From Vulcanimicrobiota bacterium (GTDB taxonomy: Bacteria > Vulcanimicrobiota > Vulcanimicrobiia > Vulcanimicrobiales > Vulcanimicrobiaceae): a stretch of DNA of 26,866 nt. Every line of letters starts with the position of its first letter. Within the stretch, counting starts at the first letter, position 1. Below the pieces are notes generated by a model. It was not told where the DNA came from, ran no database searches, and worked only from the letters and a program-made list of their open reading frames with translations. Shown in pieces: positions 1 through 9,456 of the stretch. The translations under genes were made by a program, and so were the position numbers. The DNA lies in NCBI GenBank assembly GCA_003135555.1, contig PLCF01000091.1, positions 1 through 26,866 of the forward strand. The letters run 5' to 3'.

Positions 1-213
1 GGCGCGACGGCGGACTCGCTCCTGGGCACGACCGTCCAGGAGCTGCGGCGCTGCGACGCCTGCGGGCGGATGTGCGAAACAGACCCGCACGCCTGCGGCA
101 ACCCGACGCGGCTGGTCCGTGGCATCCGAGGCCTGTCCAACGACGTCGTCAACCTGCTGGCCACGGCCGCCGGCGCCGCCGTCTCGTTCGGGCTGGCCGT
201 CCTGTTGGCTTGA
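1..213 (+). CDS. DUF92/TMEM19-family membrane protein, C-terminal part (5' truncated by window)
   Basis: Frame 1 reads GATADSLLGTTVQELRRCDACGRMCETDPHACGNPTRLVRGIRGLSNDVVNLLATAAGAAVSFGLAVLLA*. DSLLG..Q, a CxxC..HxCG insert and NDxVN are typical of the DUF92 C-terminus. Not in the ORF track. Confidence 0.85.
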   Translation, partial: GATADSLLGTTVQELRRCDACGRMCETDPHACGNPTRLVRGIRGLSNDVVNLLATAAGAAVSFGLAVLLA

Positions 214-227
214 TGCAAGTGGCGAAA

Positions 228-278
228 CCGACCTCGGTCGGCGCGTAGTCACACCCGTCGTGCGACGATTCGTCGCAC
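228..278. promoter_or_regulatory. Two perfect palindromes upstream of the efflux pump (candidate operators)
   Basis: CCGACC-tc-GGTCGG (228-241) and GTGCGACGA-t-TCGTCGCAC (260-278), ending 8 nt before ATG 287. Confidence 0.5.
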
Positions 279-286
279 CACCCACC

Positions 287-1843
287 ATGGCTACCGAACT
301 CACCAAAGACCGGGACGTCAGCGAACACGGGTCCCGCCTGATCCTCATCACCTTGGGGATCATCGCGGCGACGCTGATGCAGACGCTCGACTCCACGATC
401 GTCAACGTCGCGTTGCCGACGATTCAGGGCAACCTCGGCGCCACCCAACAGGAAGGCGCCTGGGTCGTAACGGGCTACATCATCTCGGCGGTGATCGTGA
501 TCCCGATGACGCCGTGGCTGCAAGCGCGCTTCGGGCGGCGCCAATACTACTCGGTCGCGATCATCGGCTTCACCATCGCCTCGATCCTGTGCGGGATCGC
601 CTCGTCGATCCAGCAGCTCGTCCTGTACCGCATCATCCAAGGGCTGTTCGGCGGCGGGCTCATCGCTACCGGACAGGCTTCCCTGCGCGACACCTTTCCG
701 CGCCATCTGCTGGGCGCGTCGCAGGCGGTGTTCGCGCTGGGCGCGATCGTCGGCCCATCGGTCGGTCCGACCGTCGGCGGCTGGCTCACCGACAACTACT
801 CGTGGAACTGGGTGTTCTTCATCAACCTCGTGCCCGGGATCTTCGCCGCGGTCGTCATGCTGACGATGATGCGCAATCCGTCCGATCCCAAGCCCATCCC
901 GATCGACGGGATCGGTCTGGCGCTGCTGGCGATGGGCTTGGGCTCGCTGCAGTACATCCTCGACGAAGGCCAGCGCAACGACTGGTTTACCGACCCGCTG
1001 ATCACCGCGCTCGCAGTCACCAGCGCCGTCGCCATCGGCGTGTTCATCTGGTGGGAGCTCTACGGAACCACACGGCCGCTGGTCGACCTGCGCGCCTTCA
1101 AGTACCGCGCCATCGCCGCAGGCAGCACGTTGGGTTTCGCGATCGGATCGGTGCTGTTCGGGGCAACCGTCATCCTGCCGCAATACGTACAGGGCGTCCT
1201 GGGCTTCACCGCGACGCTCTCGGGCGAGCTGATCTTCGTGCGTGCGGCATTCATCGCGCTGATCACGCCGTTCATCGCGCGGGTGGCGAGCAGCGGCCGC
1301 ATCGACACGCGCATCCTGCTCGTCTCCGGCTTCACGCTCATCGGGGCGAGTCAGATTTGGCTCGGCAACATCACGACCTCGCAGAACGACTTCAACTCGC
1401 TGCTCGGGCCGGCGATCATGGCCGGCGTCGGGCTCGGGCTGCTGTTCGTCCCGCTCTCCATCGCGGTTATGGGCGCGGTCCCGCAAGAGGTCGTCCCCAA
1501 GGCAGCCGCGTTTCAGTCGCTGTCGTTACAGCTCGGCGGCTCGTTCTCGACCGCCATCCTGGTCACGCTGCTGGCGCAACGCAGCGCCTTTCACCAAGCC
1601 ATCCTCGCCCAGGACGCGACCCCGGCGAACCCGGCGCTGCAGCTGCTCGAGCAGCAGATGCACAACGCTCCCGCCGCGATCGCGAACGTCTACGCCTTGA
1701 TCATGCAGCAATCGACCGTCATGGCCTATGCCGACGCGCAGTGGGCGCTCGGCGCGCTCACCTTCTTGCTGCTGCCGCTCGTCTTCGTGCTGCCCAAGCG
1801 GCGTACGGGAGCGGCCGCGCCGGTTCACATCCCCGTCGAATAA
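287..1843 (+). CDS. DHA2 (EmrB/QacA-type) MFS efflux permease
   Basis: LDSTIVNVALP, RFGRR, RIIQGLFGG, GPSVGPTVGGWLTDNYSWNWVFFINL motifs; many TM helices. Start moved from 119 (overlaps upstream gene) to ATG 287. Confidence 0.93.
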   Translation: MATELTKDRDVSEHGSRLILITLGIIAATLMQTLDSTIVNVALPTIQGNLGATQQEGAWVVTGYIISAVIVIPMTPWLQARFGRRQYYSVAIIGFTIASILCGIASSIQQLVLYRIIQGLFGGGLIATGQASLRDTFPRHLLGASQAVFALGAIVGPSVGPTVGGWLTDNYSWNWVFFINLVPGIFAAVVMLTMMRNPSDPKPIPIDGIGLALLAMGLGSLQYILDEGQRNDWFTDPLITALAVTSAVAIGVFIWWELYGTTRPLVDLRAFKYRAIAAGSTLGFAIGSVLFGATVILPQYVQGVLGFTATLSGELIFVRAAFIALITPFIARVASSGRIDTRILLVSGFTLIGASQIWLGNITTSQNDFNSLLGPAIMAGVGLGLLFVPLSIAVMGAVPQEVVPKAAAFQSLSLQLGGSFSTAILVTLLAQRSAFHQAILAQDATPANPALQLLEQQMHNAPAAIANVYALIMQQSTVMAYADAQWALGALTFLLLPLVFVLPKRRTGAAAPVHIPVE

Positions 1844-1849
1844 GAGGAG

Positions 1850-2092
1850 CTAAGCGGTCGCCTTCGTGCCGTACTTCTTTTCCAAGTACGGGATCATGTC
1901 GTCGTCGTCGTCGAGGATGACGTCGCCGTCCACCAGGACCGGGATCGAGGTCTGGTTCGAGACCCGCTTCACCTCATCGCGCTCGGCGTGCGAGTGCGGG
2001 ACGTTCACGATCTTGTAATCGAGCAGCAAGTCGGTCAGCTTCTTGCGCACACGTGCGCAGTACGGACACCACTCGGCTTGATAGAGCACCAT
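1850..2092 (-). CDS. Glutaredoxin / GST-N-like thioredoxin-fold protein
   Basis: LYQAEWCPYC...SIPVLVDGD: CPYC active site and cis-Pro motif. Alternative ATG at 2110. Confidence 0.88.
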   Translation of the reverse strand: MVLYQAEWCPYCARVRKKLTDLLLDYKIVNVPHSHAERDEVKRVSNQTSIPVLVDGDVILDDDDDMIPYLEKKYGTKATA

Positions 2093-2182
2093 GTCGGTTT
2101 GTCGACCCATCCTACACCAGGACAATCTCGTGCGGAAAAGGTTGCGCGCGCACCGGCGTCGGAGTCCCCGCATCTCACAGCG

Positions 2183-2914
2183 ATGGCGACTGCCGCACCA
2201 ACCTCACGGCGAGATCGTATCGCGGTCGCCGGCTCGATCGCGCTCCACCTGTGCGCCCTGGCGGTGTTCGCGACCGTGCCCCAGGCCGAGCTGCCGGCCG
2301 CAGATCCCGACGAGCGCGCGCTGCTCGCGAGCATCATCCGCATCGAGCACCGGCCCCCGCCGCCCGTGGTGCAACAGCGCCGAGCGCTTGCCGTTACCGC
2401 CGTCGCCCCGCCGCAGGCGCTCCCCGTCATTCACTCCGCGGTCACCGTCGAGCACGCGGCGCGCCGGCTCGTCGTCGCGAGCGAACAGCGCGCGCCGTCG
2501 GTGCCCGAGCAGGTCGCGCGCTTGCGCGCGCAACGGATCGCGCCCGCGCGCTCCGATGTCGAGGCCCGCGCCAGCGCGCCTCCGGCCGCCCCGGCCGCTA
2601 CGGCAGCTCCGGCCGCGTCCCCAGCGCCGAGTCCGGTCGCCGCGCAACGTGAGGACGGGATCGGCAACTTCGGCGAGACCTATCCGGCGGCGCTCGAACC
2701 GTCCGCGCGCGGCGCGCTGTTGGCCGGGATCAGCGGAGTGATCGTGCGCATCACCGTCGACGAGAACGGCCATGCGATATCGATCGAGTTCGTCCGCCCG
2801 CCGGCCGACGCCACCTTGCGCGAAGCGCTGCGCTCGCGGCTGCTCGCCGCCCGCTTCGTCCCGGCGAATTGCAACGGCCTACGCTGCGAGGGCACGCTAG
2901 AACTGCGAAACTAG
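2183..2914 (+). CDS. TonB-like protein (TM anchor, Pro/Ala linker, TonB_C-like domain)
   Basis: SIALH TM motif, Pro/Ala-rich spacer, YP....GISGVIVRITVDENG...RFVPA C-terminus. Confidence 0.65.
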   Translation: MATAAPTSRRDRIAVAGSIALHLCALAVFATVPQAELPAADPDERALLASIIRIEHRPPPPVVQQRRALAVTAVAPPQALPVIHSAVTVEHAARRLVVASEQRAPSVPEQVARLRAQRIAPARSDVEARASAPPAAPAATAAPAASPAPSPVAAQREDGIGNFGETYPAALEPSARGALLAGISGVIVRITVDENGHAISIEFVRPPADATLREALRSRLLAARFVPANCNGLRCEGTLELRN

Positions 2915-2928
2915 CGCAGCAGTTCGCA

Positions 2929-4026
2929 TCAGGTCTTTTCGAAGTCGAAGGGGAGGTCGAGATCGGCGGCGAGTTTCTGCAGGCCGTCCCACACTTTGAC
3001 GTGGACGGGGACGCCGTGCTCGCGATTGTAGAGCGTTTTCTCGTGCTCGATCTCGCCGGCGACGTAGATGCGATCGTGTCCCGGCGCCTTGGCCGAGTCC
3101 TTGAACGCGCGCAGCTCGGTGTCCATGTCGGCCTTGAACTGCGCGGGATCGCGAAAACCGTCGATCTTGAAGGCTGCGAAGAAATGCGAGATCCGGCCGG
3201 GCAACGGGCCGTCGTTGGGCGCGGGAAGGTCGTTGCCGAACGCGCCGCCCGAGAGCACGCCGCACAGGATGTCGACGAGCAGGCCGAGCCCGTAGCCTTT
3301 GTGGCCGCCGTTGTCGACGCCGTAGCCGCCCAGCGGCAGCAGCGCGCCTTTGAGCGCGACGTTCGGATCGAGCGTCTCGTGCCCGTTCGCATCGATCGCC
3401 CAGCCCGGATTGAGCTGCTTGCCCTTGCGGTTGTAGACTTCGAGCTTGCCTTTGGGAACCGTCGTCGTCGCGAAGTCGAGCACGAACGCCGGCTCCTTTT
3501 GAGCCGGGATCGCGAACGCCAGCGGGTTGGTGCCCAGCAAGACGTCCTTGCCGAACGTCGGCGCGCCGTAGCGCACGCTGTTCGTCGAGGCGATGCCGAT
3601 CATGTCGCGGTCGAGCGCTAGCATCGCGTAGTAACCGGCGATCCCGAAGTGGTTCGAGTTGCGCACAGCGCCGAATGCTGCGCCGCTCTGCTCGGCCTTG
3701 TCGAGGATGCGCTCCATCGTGCGCTTGGCGGCGGGGTGTCCGAGCCCGTTTCCCGCGTCGACCAGCAGCGACGTCGGCGTCTCGCGCGCGGTCTGCACGT
3801 TGGGCTTCGCTTCGATCTGGCCGGCGCGAATGCGGCTCACGTAGTAGGATTCGAGCCGGGCGACTCCATGCGACTCGACCCCGCGCAGGTCGGCCGCGAC
3901 CAGGACGTCGGCGACGATCGCGGCGTCTTCGGGGGGGACACCGACTTTCGTCAGGGCGGCTGCAACGAATTCTTTGAGCCCGCCCTCGGTGGCAAGGCGG
4001 TACTCGGACGTCATGACGTCGGCCAT
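2929..4026 (-). CDS. Ldh_2 family (type 2 malate/L-lactate/ComC-like) NAD(P)-dependent oxidoreductase
   Basis: ADLRGVESHG, RNSNHFG, GTNPLAFAIP, LDFATT, GGHKGYGL motifs. Confidence 0.93.
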   Translation of the reverse strand: MADVMTSEYRLATEGGLKEFVAAALTKVGVPPEDAAIVADVLVAADLRGVESHGVARLESYYVSRIRAGQIEAKPNVQTARETPTSLLVDAGNGLGHPAAKRTMERILDKAEQSGAAFGAVRNSNHFGIAGYYAMLALDRDMIGIASTNSVRYGAPTFGKDVLLGTNPLAFAIPAQKEPAFVLDFATTTVPKGKLEVYNRKGKQLNPGWAIDANGHETLDPNVALKGALLPLGGYGVDNGGHKGYGLGLLVDILCGVLSGGAFGNDLPAPNDGPLPGRISHFFAAFKIDGFRDPAQFKADMDTELRAFKDSAKAPGHDRIYVAGEIEHEKTLYNREHGVPVHVKVWDGLQKLAADLDLPFDFEKT

Positions 4027-4041
4027 GCCGGTAGTGTACCC
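4027..4041 (-). promoter_or_regulatory. Probable -10 element of a leaderless promoter for the Ldh_2 gene
   Basis: Minus strand reads gggTACACTaccggcATG: a TAnnnT hexamer 6 nt before the ATG, with no SD. Confidence 0.5.
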
Positions 4042-4067
4042 CGGCGGGCGCGCCGAACCTACGACCG

Positions 4068-5495
4068 ATGACCCAACGAGCGCCGTCCGGGCTCGACGTG
4101 ACGCTCCTCGACGAGTTGCGGTCGGCGGTGCCTGACGGAGTCCTGACCGCCGCCGAGGACCTCATCGCGTACGGCTTCGACGGCACGTTCTACGAGCGTA
4201 CCCCGCCGGTGGTCGTACTGCCGGCGAGCACCGCCGAGGTCAGCGCCGTGCACCGCATCGCGACCGCGCGGCGTATCGCGCTCACGCCGCGGGCGATGGG
4301 CAGCGGCCTTTCGGGTGGGGCCGTGCCGCTCGACGGTAGCATCGTTCTCGGGGTCGCGCGGATGGATCGCATCCTCGAGATCGACGAGGTCGACCGCGTC
4401 GCGGTCGTACAGGCCGGCGTGATCAACGCACGCCTGCAGGCCGAGGTCGAGGCGCGGGGACTGTTCTATCCGCCCGATCCCTCGAGCCTCAAGCAGAGCG
4501 CGATCGGCGGTAACGTCGCCGAGAACGCCGGCGGGGCGCGTTGCCTCAAGTACGGCGTGACCGGCGACTACGTGCTGGCGCTGGAGGTGGTGCTCCCCGA
4601 CGGCACCGTGATCCGCACCGGCGGCCGCACCGTGAAGAACGTGACGGGTTACGACTTGCGGCGCTTGTTCACCGGCGCCGAGGGGACGTTGGGGACGATC
4701 ACCGAGATCACGCTGCGGCTGTTGTGGAAACCCAAGTACGCGCGCGCCGCGCTGGCCGTGTTCGCGCGCATCGACGACGCGGCCGAAGCGGTCAACGCGG
4801 TGATGGCGAGCGGCGTGCTGCCGACAGCGATCGAGCTGGTCGATAACCTGACGCTGCGCTGCATCGAAGCGAACGCGCCGCTGGGCTTGCCGCTCGCCGC
4901 TGACGCGATCCTCATCTTCGGCGTCGACGGCAACTACGAGGACGTGCTCGCCGACGAGCTGGCGACGATCGAACGCATCGCGCGCGCGCGCGGCGCGGGC
5001 GAGGTGCGCGTCGCGGACAGCGAGGCCGAGTCGGAACGGCTCTGGAACGCGCGGCGCTCCATCTCCCCCGCGCTGGCGCGCCGGCGGCCCAACAAGCTGG
5101 GCGAAGACGTCTGCATCCCGCCGCGCGCGATCCCGGCGCTGATCCGGCGCGTCCGCGAGATCGCGGCGAAGCACGCGCTGGAGATCCCGCTGTTCGGCCA
5201 CATCGGGGACGGCAATCTCCACCCCAACATCCTGTGCGACAAGACCGACAAGGAAGAGATGGCGCGCGTCGCCATCGCGGCACGCGAGATCTTCGAGGCG
5301 ACGGTAGAGCTGGGTGGGACGCTGTCGGGCGAGCACGGGATCGGGCTGCTCAAAAAGCAGTTCATGGAACTCGACGTCGGCGCCGAGGCGCTCGCCGTCA
5401 TGCGCGCGATCAAAGCTGCCATCGACCCGCTGAGCATCATGAACCCCGGCAAGATCTTCCCCGACCCCGGCGGCATCGACGCGTTCCGGCTTTGA
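4068..5495 (+). CDS. FAD-linked oxidase, GlcD / D-lactate dehydrogenase-like
   Basis: GSGLSGG, YPPDPSS, IGGNVAENAGG..CLKYGVT, GYDL, GHIGDGNLH, SGEHGIG, DPLSIMNPGK. Confidence 0.92.
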   Translation: MTQRAPSGLDVTLLDELRSAVPDGVLTAAEDLIAYGFDGTFYERTPPVVVLPASTAEVSAVHRIATARRIALTPRAMGSGLSGGAVPLDGSIVLGVARMDRILEIDEVDRVAVVQAGVINARLQAEVEARGLFYPPDPSSLKQSAIGGNVAENAGGARCLKYGVTGDYVLALEVVLPDGTVIRTGGRTVKNVTGYDLRRLFTGAEGTLGTITEITLRLLWKPKYARAALAVFARIDDAAEAVNAVMASGVLPTAIELVDNLTLRCIEANAPLGLPLAADAILIFGVDGNYEDVLADELATIERIARARGAGEVRVADSEAESERLWNARRSISPALARRRPNKLGEDVCIPPRAIPALIRRVREIAAKHALEIPLFGHIGDGNLHPNILCDKTDKEEMARVAIAAREIFEATVELGGTLSGEHGIGLLKKQFMELDVGAEALAVMRAIKAAIDPLSIMNPGKIFPDPGGIDAFRL

Positions 5496-5508
5496 CCGAG
5501 CGCAGCGG

Positions 5509-5937
5509 CTACTGCGTCGTGAACGAACCCAGGGTGTACGAGCGGTAAACGTCGCAGCCAAGCGGCCCCGTGCCGGCGGAGACCAGCACCAGCGCCTGGG
5601 GGAAGTAGGTCGTGTGCGCGGCGAGCGTCGGGAGCGTGGCCGACAGCATCGACGGCCCCGCCGCGACAAAGACGCCGCCCGAGGAGGGGCCGCTTCCCAC
5701 CGGCGGGTTGAGCAGCACCGTGGCACCGAGCAGCGCCGGAATCGACGGCACGGTGATGCTGCCGATCGTGGGCGAAACGCCCGTCGCGCCGTTGGGCGGC
5801 TGCACGGCCGGATCGTCGACGATGCCGCCCAAGAATGGTGGGCACGTGTGCGGCGGATCGCCGGGCACGGTTTGGCCTGCGCCGGCGCACGCCGTCGCAA
5901 CCATCAGCGCGAGTGCAATACCTACCAATCTGGGCAT
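5509..5937 (-). CDS. Putative lipoprotein with Ig-like (Big_5/SbsA-like) domain
   Basis: Signal peptide ending VATA-C; PPNGATGVSP and LAAHTTY motifs of small bacterial Ig-like domains. Confidence 0.6.
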   Translation of the reverse strand: MPRLVGIALALMVATACAGAGQTVPGDPPHTCPPFLGGIVDDPAVQPPNGATGVSPTIGSITVPSIPALLGATVLLNPPVGSGPSSGGVFVAAGPSMLSATLPTLAAHTTYFPQALVLVSAGTGPLGCDVYRSYTLGSFTTQ

Positions 5938-5970
5938 CGCACGAAATCATCGCACGAAGCGGGCTGATTT
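5935..5970. promoter_or_regulatory. 11-bp tandem repeat plus short inverted repeat upstream of glpK
   Basis: CATCGCACGAA at 5935-5945 and 5948-5958; AAATCA (5944-5949) and TGATTT (5965-5970). Confidence 0.4.
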
Positions 5971-6010
5971 GCCTAGAGGGGAGCGCGCGCCGCCGCGGTA
6001 GCGGGACTGT

Positions 6011-7504
6011 ATGGCGGTGATCCTCGCCCTGGATCAGGGGACGACGAGCTCGCGGGCGGTCGTGTTCGACGCGCGGGGTCGCGCGCTCGGATTCGACCAG
6101 CGCGAGTTTCCGCAACACTTCCCGCAGCCGGGGTGGGTGGAGCATGATCCCGCGGAAATTTGGACGTCGCAGCTGGCCGTCGCGCGCGGCGCGCTGCGCA
6201 ACGCGAGCCTCGCCGCGGCCGACGTCGCCGCGATCGGCATCACCAACCAGCGCGAGACGACGATCCTGTGGGAGCGCGCGACCGGGAAGCCGGTCGCGAA
6301 CGCGATCGTCTGGCAGGACCGGCGCACCGCCGCGCGGTGCGACGAGCTACGCGCCCAGGGCGTCGGCGAGCTGGTCACCGCGCAGACGGGGCTGTTGCTC
6401 GATCCGTACTTTTCCGCCACCAAGATCGGGTGGCTGCTCGACGCTGTCGATGGGCTGCGCGCGCGAGCCGAGGCCGGCGAGATCGCCTTCGGCACCGTCG
6501 ACTCGTGGCTGATCTGGAACCTAACCGGCGGCGGACGTCACGTAACCGACGCGACCAATGCGTCACGCACGATGCTCTTCGACATCCACCGGCTGGCGTG
6601 GAGCGACGAGCTGCTCGGCGCGTTCGGCATCCCGCGCGCGATCTTGCCCGAGGTGCTGCCGTGCACAGCCGATTTCGGGACGACGACGATCGAGCAGTTC
6701 GGCGGCGCGATCCGCATCGCCGGCGTCGCCGGCGATCAGCAGGCGGCGCTGGTGGGACAGGCCGGCTTCACCGCGGGGCTGGCGAAAAACACCTACGGGA
6801 CGGGATCGTTCGTCGTGCTCAATACCGGCGAGCGCATCGTGCGCAGCGAGCACGGATTGCTCGCCACGATCGCCTTCGCGTTCGAGCCCGGTCGCGCGAC
6901 CTACGCGCTGGAAGGCTCGGTATTCGTGACCGGTGCCGCGGTGCAGTGGCTGCGCGACGGGCTGGGGATTATCGAGCGCTCGTCCGACGTCGAGCGGCTA
7001 GCGCGCGAGGTGAGTGACAGCGGCGACTGCTTCTTCGTCCCGGCGTTCGCCGGGCTGGGCGCACCGTATTGGGATCCGTACGCGCGTGGGACGATCGTGG
7101 GAATCACGCGTGGGACGACCCGCGCGCACCTCGCCCGCGCCGCGCTCGACGCGATGGCATACCAGACCGCCGACGTGGTCGCGGCAATGGAACGCGACGC
7201 CGGAGTCACACTGAGCGAGCTACGCGTCGACGGCGGCGCGTCGGCGAACGATCTCACGATGCAGTTTCAGGCCGATCTTCTGGGTGTCCCAGTCTCGCGG
7301 CCGGCGGTGGTCGAGACGACTGCACTCGGCGCCGCGTACCTCGCCGGCCTGCAGGTCGGCCTGTGGCCCGACATCGCGACCCTGGCGCGCCAGTGGCGTG
7401 AAGCGGCGCGCTTCGTGCCGTCGATGGATGCGGCGCGGCGTGCGGAGTTGCTCGGCCGCTGGCGCCGCGCCGTCGAGCGCAGCCGCGGCTGGGCGCGGGA
7501 TTGA
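6011..7504 (+). CDS. glpK: Glycerol kinase
   Basis: [57 protein letters not shown]. Confidence 0.97.
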   Translation: MAVILALDQGTTSSRAVVFDARGRALGFDQREFPQHFPQPGWVEHDPAEIWTSQLAVARGALRNASLAAADVAAIGITNQRETTILWERATGKPVANAIVWQDRRTAARCDELRAQGVGELVTAQTGLLLDPYFSATKIGWLLDAVDGLRARAEAGEIAFGTVDSWLIWNLTGGGRHVTDATNASRTMLFDIHRLAWSDELLGAFGIPRAILPEVLPCTADFGTTTIEQFGGAIRIAGVAGDQQAALVGQAGFTAGLAKNTYGTGSFVVLNTGERIVRSEHGLLATIAFAFEPGRATYALEGSVFVTGAAVQWLRDGLGIIERSSDVERLAREVSDSGDCFFVPAFAGLGAPYWDPYARGTIVGITRGTTRAHLARAALDAMAYQTADVVAAMERDAGVTLSELRVDGGASANDLTMQFQADLLGVPVSRPAVVETTALGAAYLAGLQVGLWPDIATLARQWREAARFVPSMDAARRAELLGRWRRAVERSRGWARD

Positions 7505-9030
7505 ACCGTTCCGACGCACTGAAACGGCTGGCCGACGAGCAGTTCGACGTACTGATCATCGGCGGCGGCGCGACGGGGCTCGGCGCTGCGGTGGATGCGG
7601 TGACGCGCGGTTATCGCACCGCGCTCGTCGAGGCGGACGACTTCGCCGCCGGGACGTCGAGCCGCTCGACGAAGCTGATTCACGGCGGCGTGCGCTATCT
7701 CCAGCGCGGCGACATCGGCCTGGTGCGCGAGTCGCTCCGCGAGCGCGCAGCGCTGTGCCGCAACGCGCCGCACCTCGTCGAGGACCGAGAGTTCGTGGTT
7801 CCCGCGTATCACCACTTCGAGATTCCCTATTACTCGGCGGGACTGCTCGCCTACGACCTGTTGGCCGGACGATCCGGCTTCCCACGGAGCCGGATCGTTT
7901 CGCCCGCTCGGGCCCGCGCGCTGGTCCCCGGGCTCGCGCCGGATCGGCTGCGCGGTGCGGTCGTCTATCACGACGGTCAGTTCGATGACGCCCGGCTGGC
8001 GATCGCGCTCGCGCGCACCGCCGACGAGCATGGCGCCACGGTCGCGAACTACGTTCGCGCGACGGGGTTCGTCTACGACCCGCACCGCCGCGTCATCGGC
8101 GCGAGCATCGTCGACTGTGAGTCGGGCGTGGAGATCGTCGTGCGCGCGCGTGCGGTGATAAACGCGACGGGAGTCTTCGTCGACGCGGTCCGCACGCTCG
8201 ACGAGCCGTCGGCCCGGCAACTGCTTGCCCTCAGCCGCGGCTCGCACGTCGTGGTGCCGGCCACGACGCTCGGCAACCCCGCCGCGGCGCTGCTCGTTCC
8301 CAAGACCTCCGACGGCCGCGTGCTCTTCGCGATCCCCTGGCTCCAGCACGTCCTCATCGGAACGACGGAGATCCCCGTTGCCGCGCCGGAGGCTGATCCC
8401 GCGCCAAGCTCCGACGAGATCGCCTACATCCTTGCGACCGTGAACCACTATCTCGCCGCGCAGCTGACCAGCCGCGACGTACTCGCGACGTTCGCCGGGC
8501 TGCGGCCGCTCATCGCCCGCAAGCCGGCGGCGACCGCGAAGCTGTCGCGCGAACACCTCGTCGACGTGTCGCCCTCGGGTCTCGTCACCATCGCCGGCGG
8601 CAAGTGGACGACCTATCGCAAGATGGCCGAAGACGCCGTCAATGCCGCGGCGCGCACCGCCGGGCTAGCAGCGTCACCCTCGCAGACCGCCTCGCTGCCT
8701 CTGCACGGCGCCGCCTACGCGGCCGAGGTGCTGGCGCTGACCGCGGACGATCCGTCGCTCCGGGAGCGGCTCGACCCGCGCCTTCCGTACATCGCCGCGA
8801 ATATCGTGTTCGCGGTGCGCGCTGAGATGGCGCGAACCGTCGAGGACGTGCTTGCACGGAGAACACGCGCGCTGTTTCTCGACGTGGACGCCGCACGCGC
8901 TAGCGCACCGCGGGTCGCGCAGCTGCTGTCAGCTGAGCTCCACCACGACGCGTCCTGGGTCACGGCGGAACTTGCGTCGTTCGACTTGGTGGCGGCTCGG
9001 CGTCGCATAAGACCGCTGCCGGTTTTCTGA
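7501..9030 (+). CDS. glpD: Glycerol-3-phosphate dehydrogenase/oxidase
   Basis: [51 protein letters not shown] 4-nt overlap with glpK. Confidence 0.95.
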   Translation: MNRSDALKRLADEQFDVLIIGGGATGLGAAVDAVTRGYRTALVEADDFAAGTSSRSTKLIHGGVRYLQRGDIGLVRESLRERAALCRNAPHLVEDREFVVPAYHHFEIPYYSAGLLAYDLLAGRSGFPRSRIVSPARARALVPGLAPDRLRGAVVYHDGQFDDARLAIALARTADEHGATVANYVRATGFVYDPHRRVIGASIVDCESGVEIVVRARAVINATGVFVDAVRTLDEPSARQLLALSRGSHVVVPATTLGNPAAALLVPKTSDGRVLFAIPWLQHVLIGTTEIPVAAPEADPAPSSDEIAYILATVNHYLAAQLTSRDVLATFAGLRPLIARKPAATAKLSREHLVDVSPSGLVTIAGGKWTTYRKMAEDAVNAAARTAGLAASPSQTASLPLHGAAYAAEVLALTADDPSLRERLDPRLPYIAANIVFAVRAEMARTVEDVLARRTRALFLDVDAARASAPRVAQLLSAELHHDASWVTAELASFDLVAARRRIRPLPVF

Positions 9031-9131
9031 GCACTACGGCCATCGAGCTCGGAAGCTTCGCATTGGGACATCTTCGAAACGCTCCCGATCAACGAGTAGA
9101 TCGCACCGGGAAGCAGCCGGGAGCGTAGCCG

Positions 9132-9158
9132 CCTGTCTACAATTGCGTCCTGTCTACA
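9132..9158 (+). repeat. 10-bp direct repeat CCTGTCTACA x2
   Basis: Copies at 9132-9141 and 9149-9158 (17-bp period), near the left end of the islet. Confidence 0.8.
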
Positions 9159-9348
9159 GAACGCGCGGCGAGACGAACGTGCAACTGTTGATCAACTTCT
9201 TGACAGCGGTGCCGCGTGCGGCCGTGCGGGTAGCCCTTGAGCGAGCCGTGCGTCGCGTCGACCCGCTCGCCCTCGTCCGGCCCGGTCAGTTGCCGCGTCC
9301 AGGTTATTCCAAAGGGGCCGGTGCCGGGCACCGAGCGGCGGCATGGGG

Positions 9349-9378
9349 TTGACAAAGTTGCCCGCCGGTTGGTAGATT
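9349..9378 (+). promoter_or_regulatory. Sigma70-type promoter for the AIPR gene
   Basis: TTGACA (9349-9354), 18-bp spacer ending in extended -10 TGn, TAGATT (9373-9378). Confidence 0.7.
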
Positions 9379-9456
9379 CAGCTTGTCGAGTTGCACTGGC
9401 ACGCGGTGGATCCGCGGAGCCTACCATGCCGCAACTGGCAGAAAATATACAATCAA

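Noticed and set aside
9200..9236. Second TTGACA as a promoter
   Set aside because: No -10 hexamer at 16-19 bp spacing.
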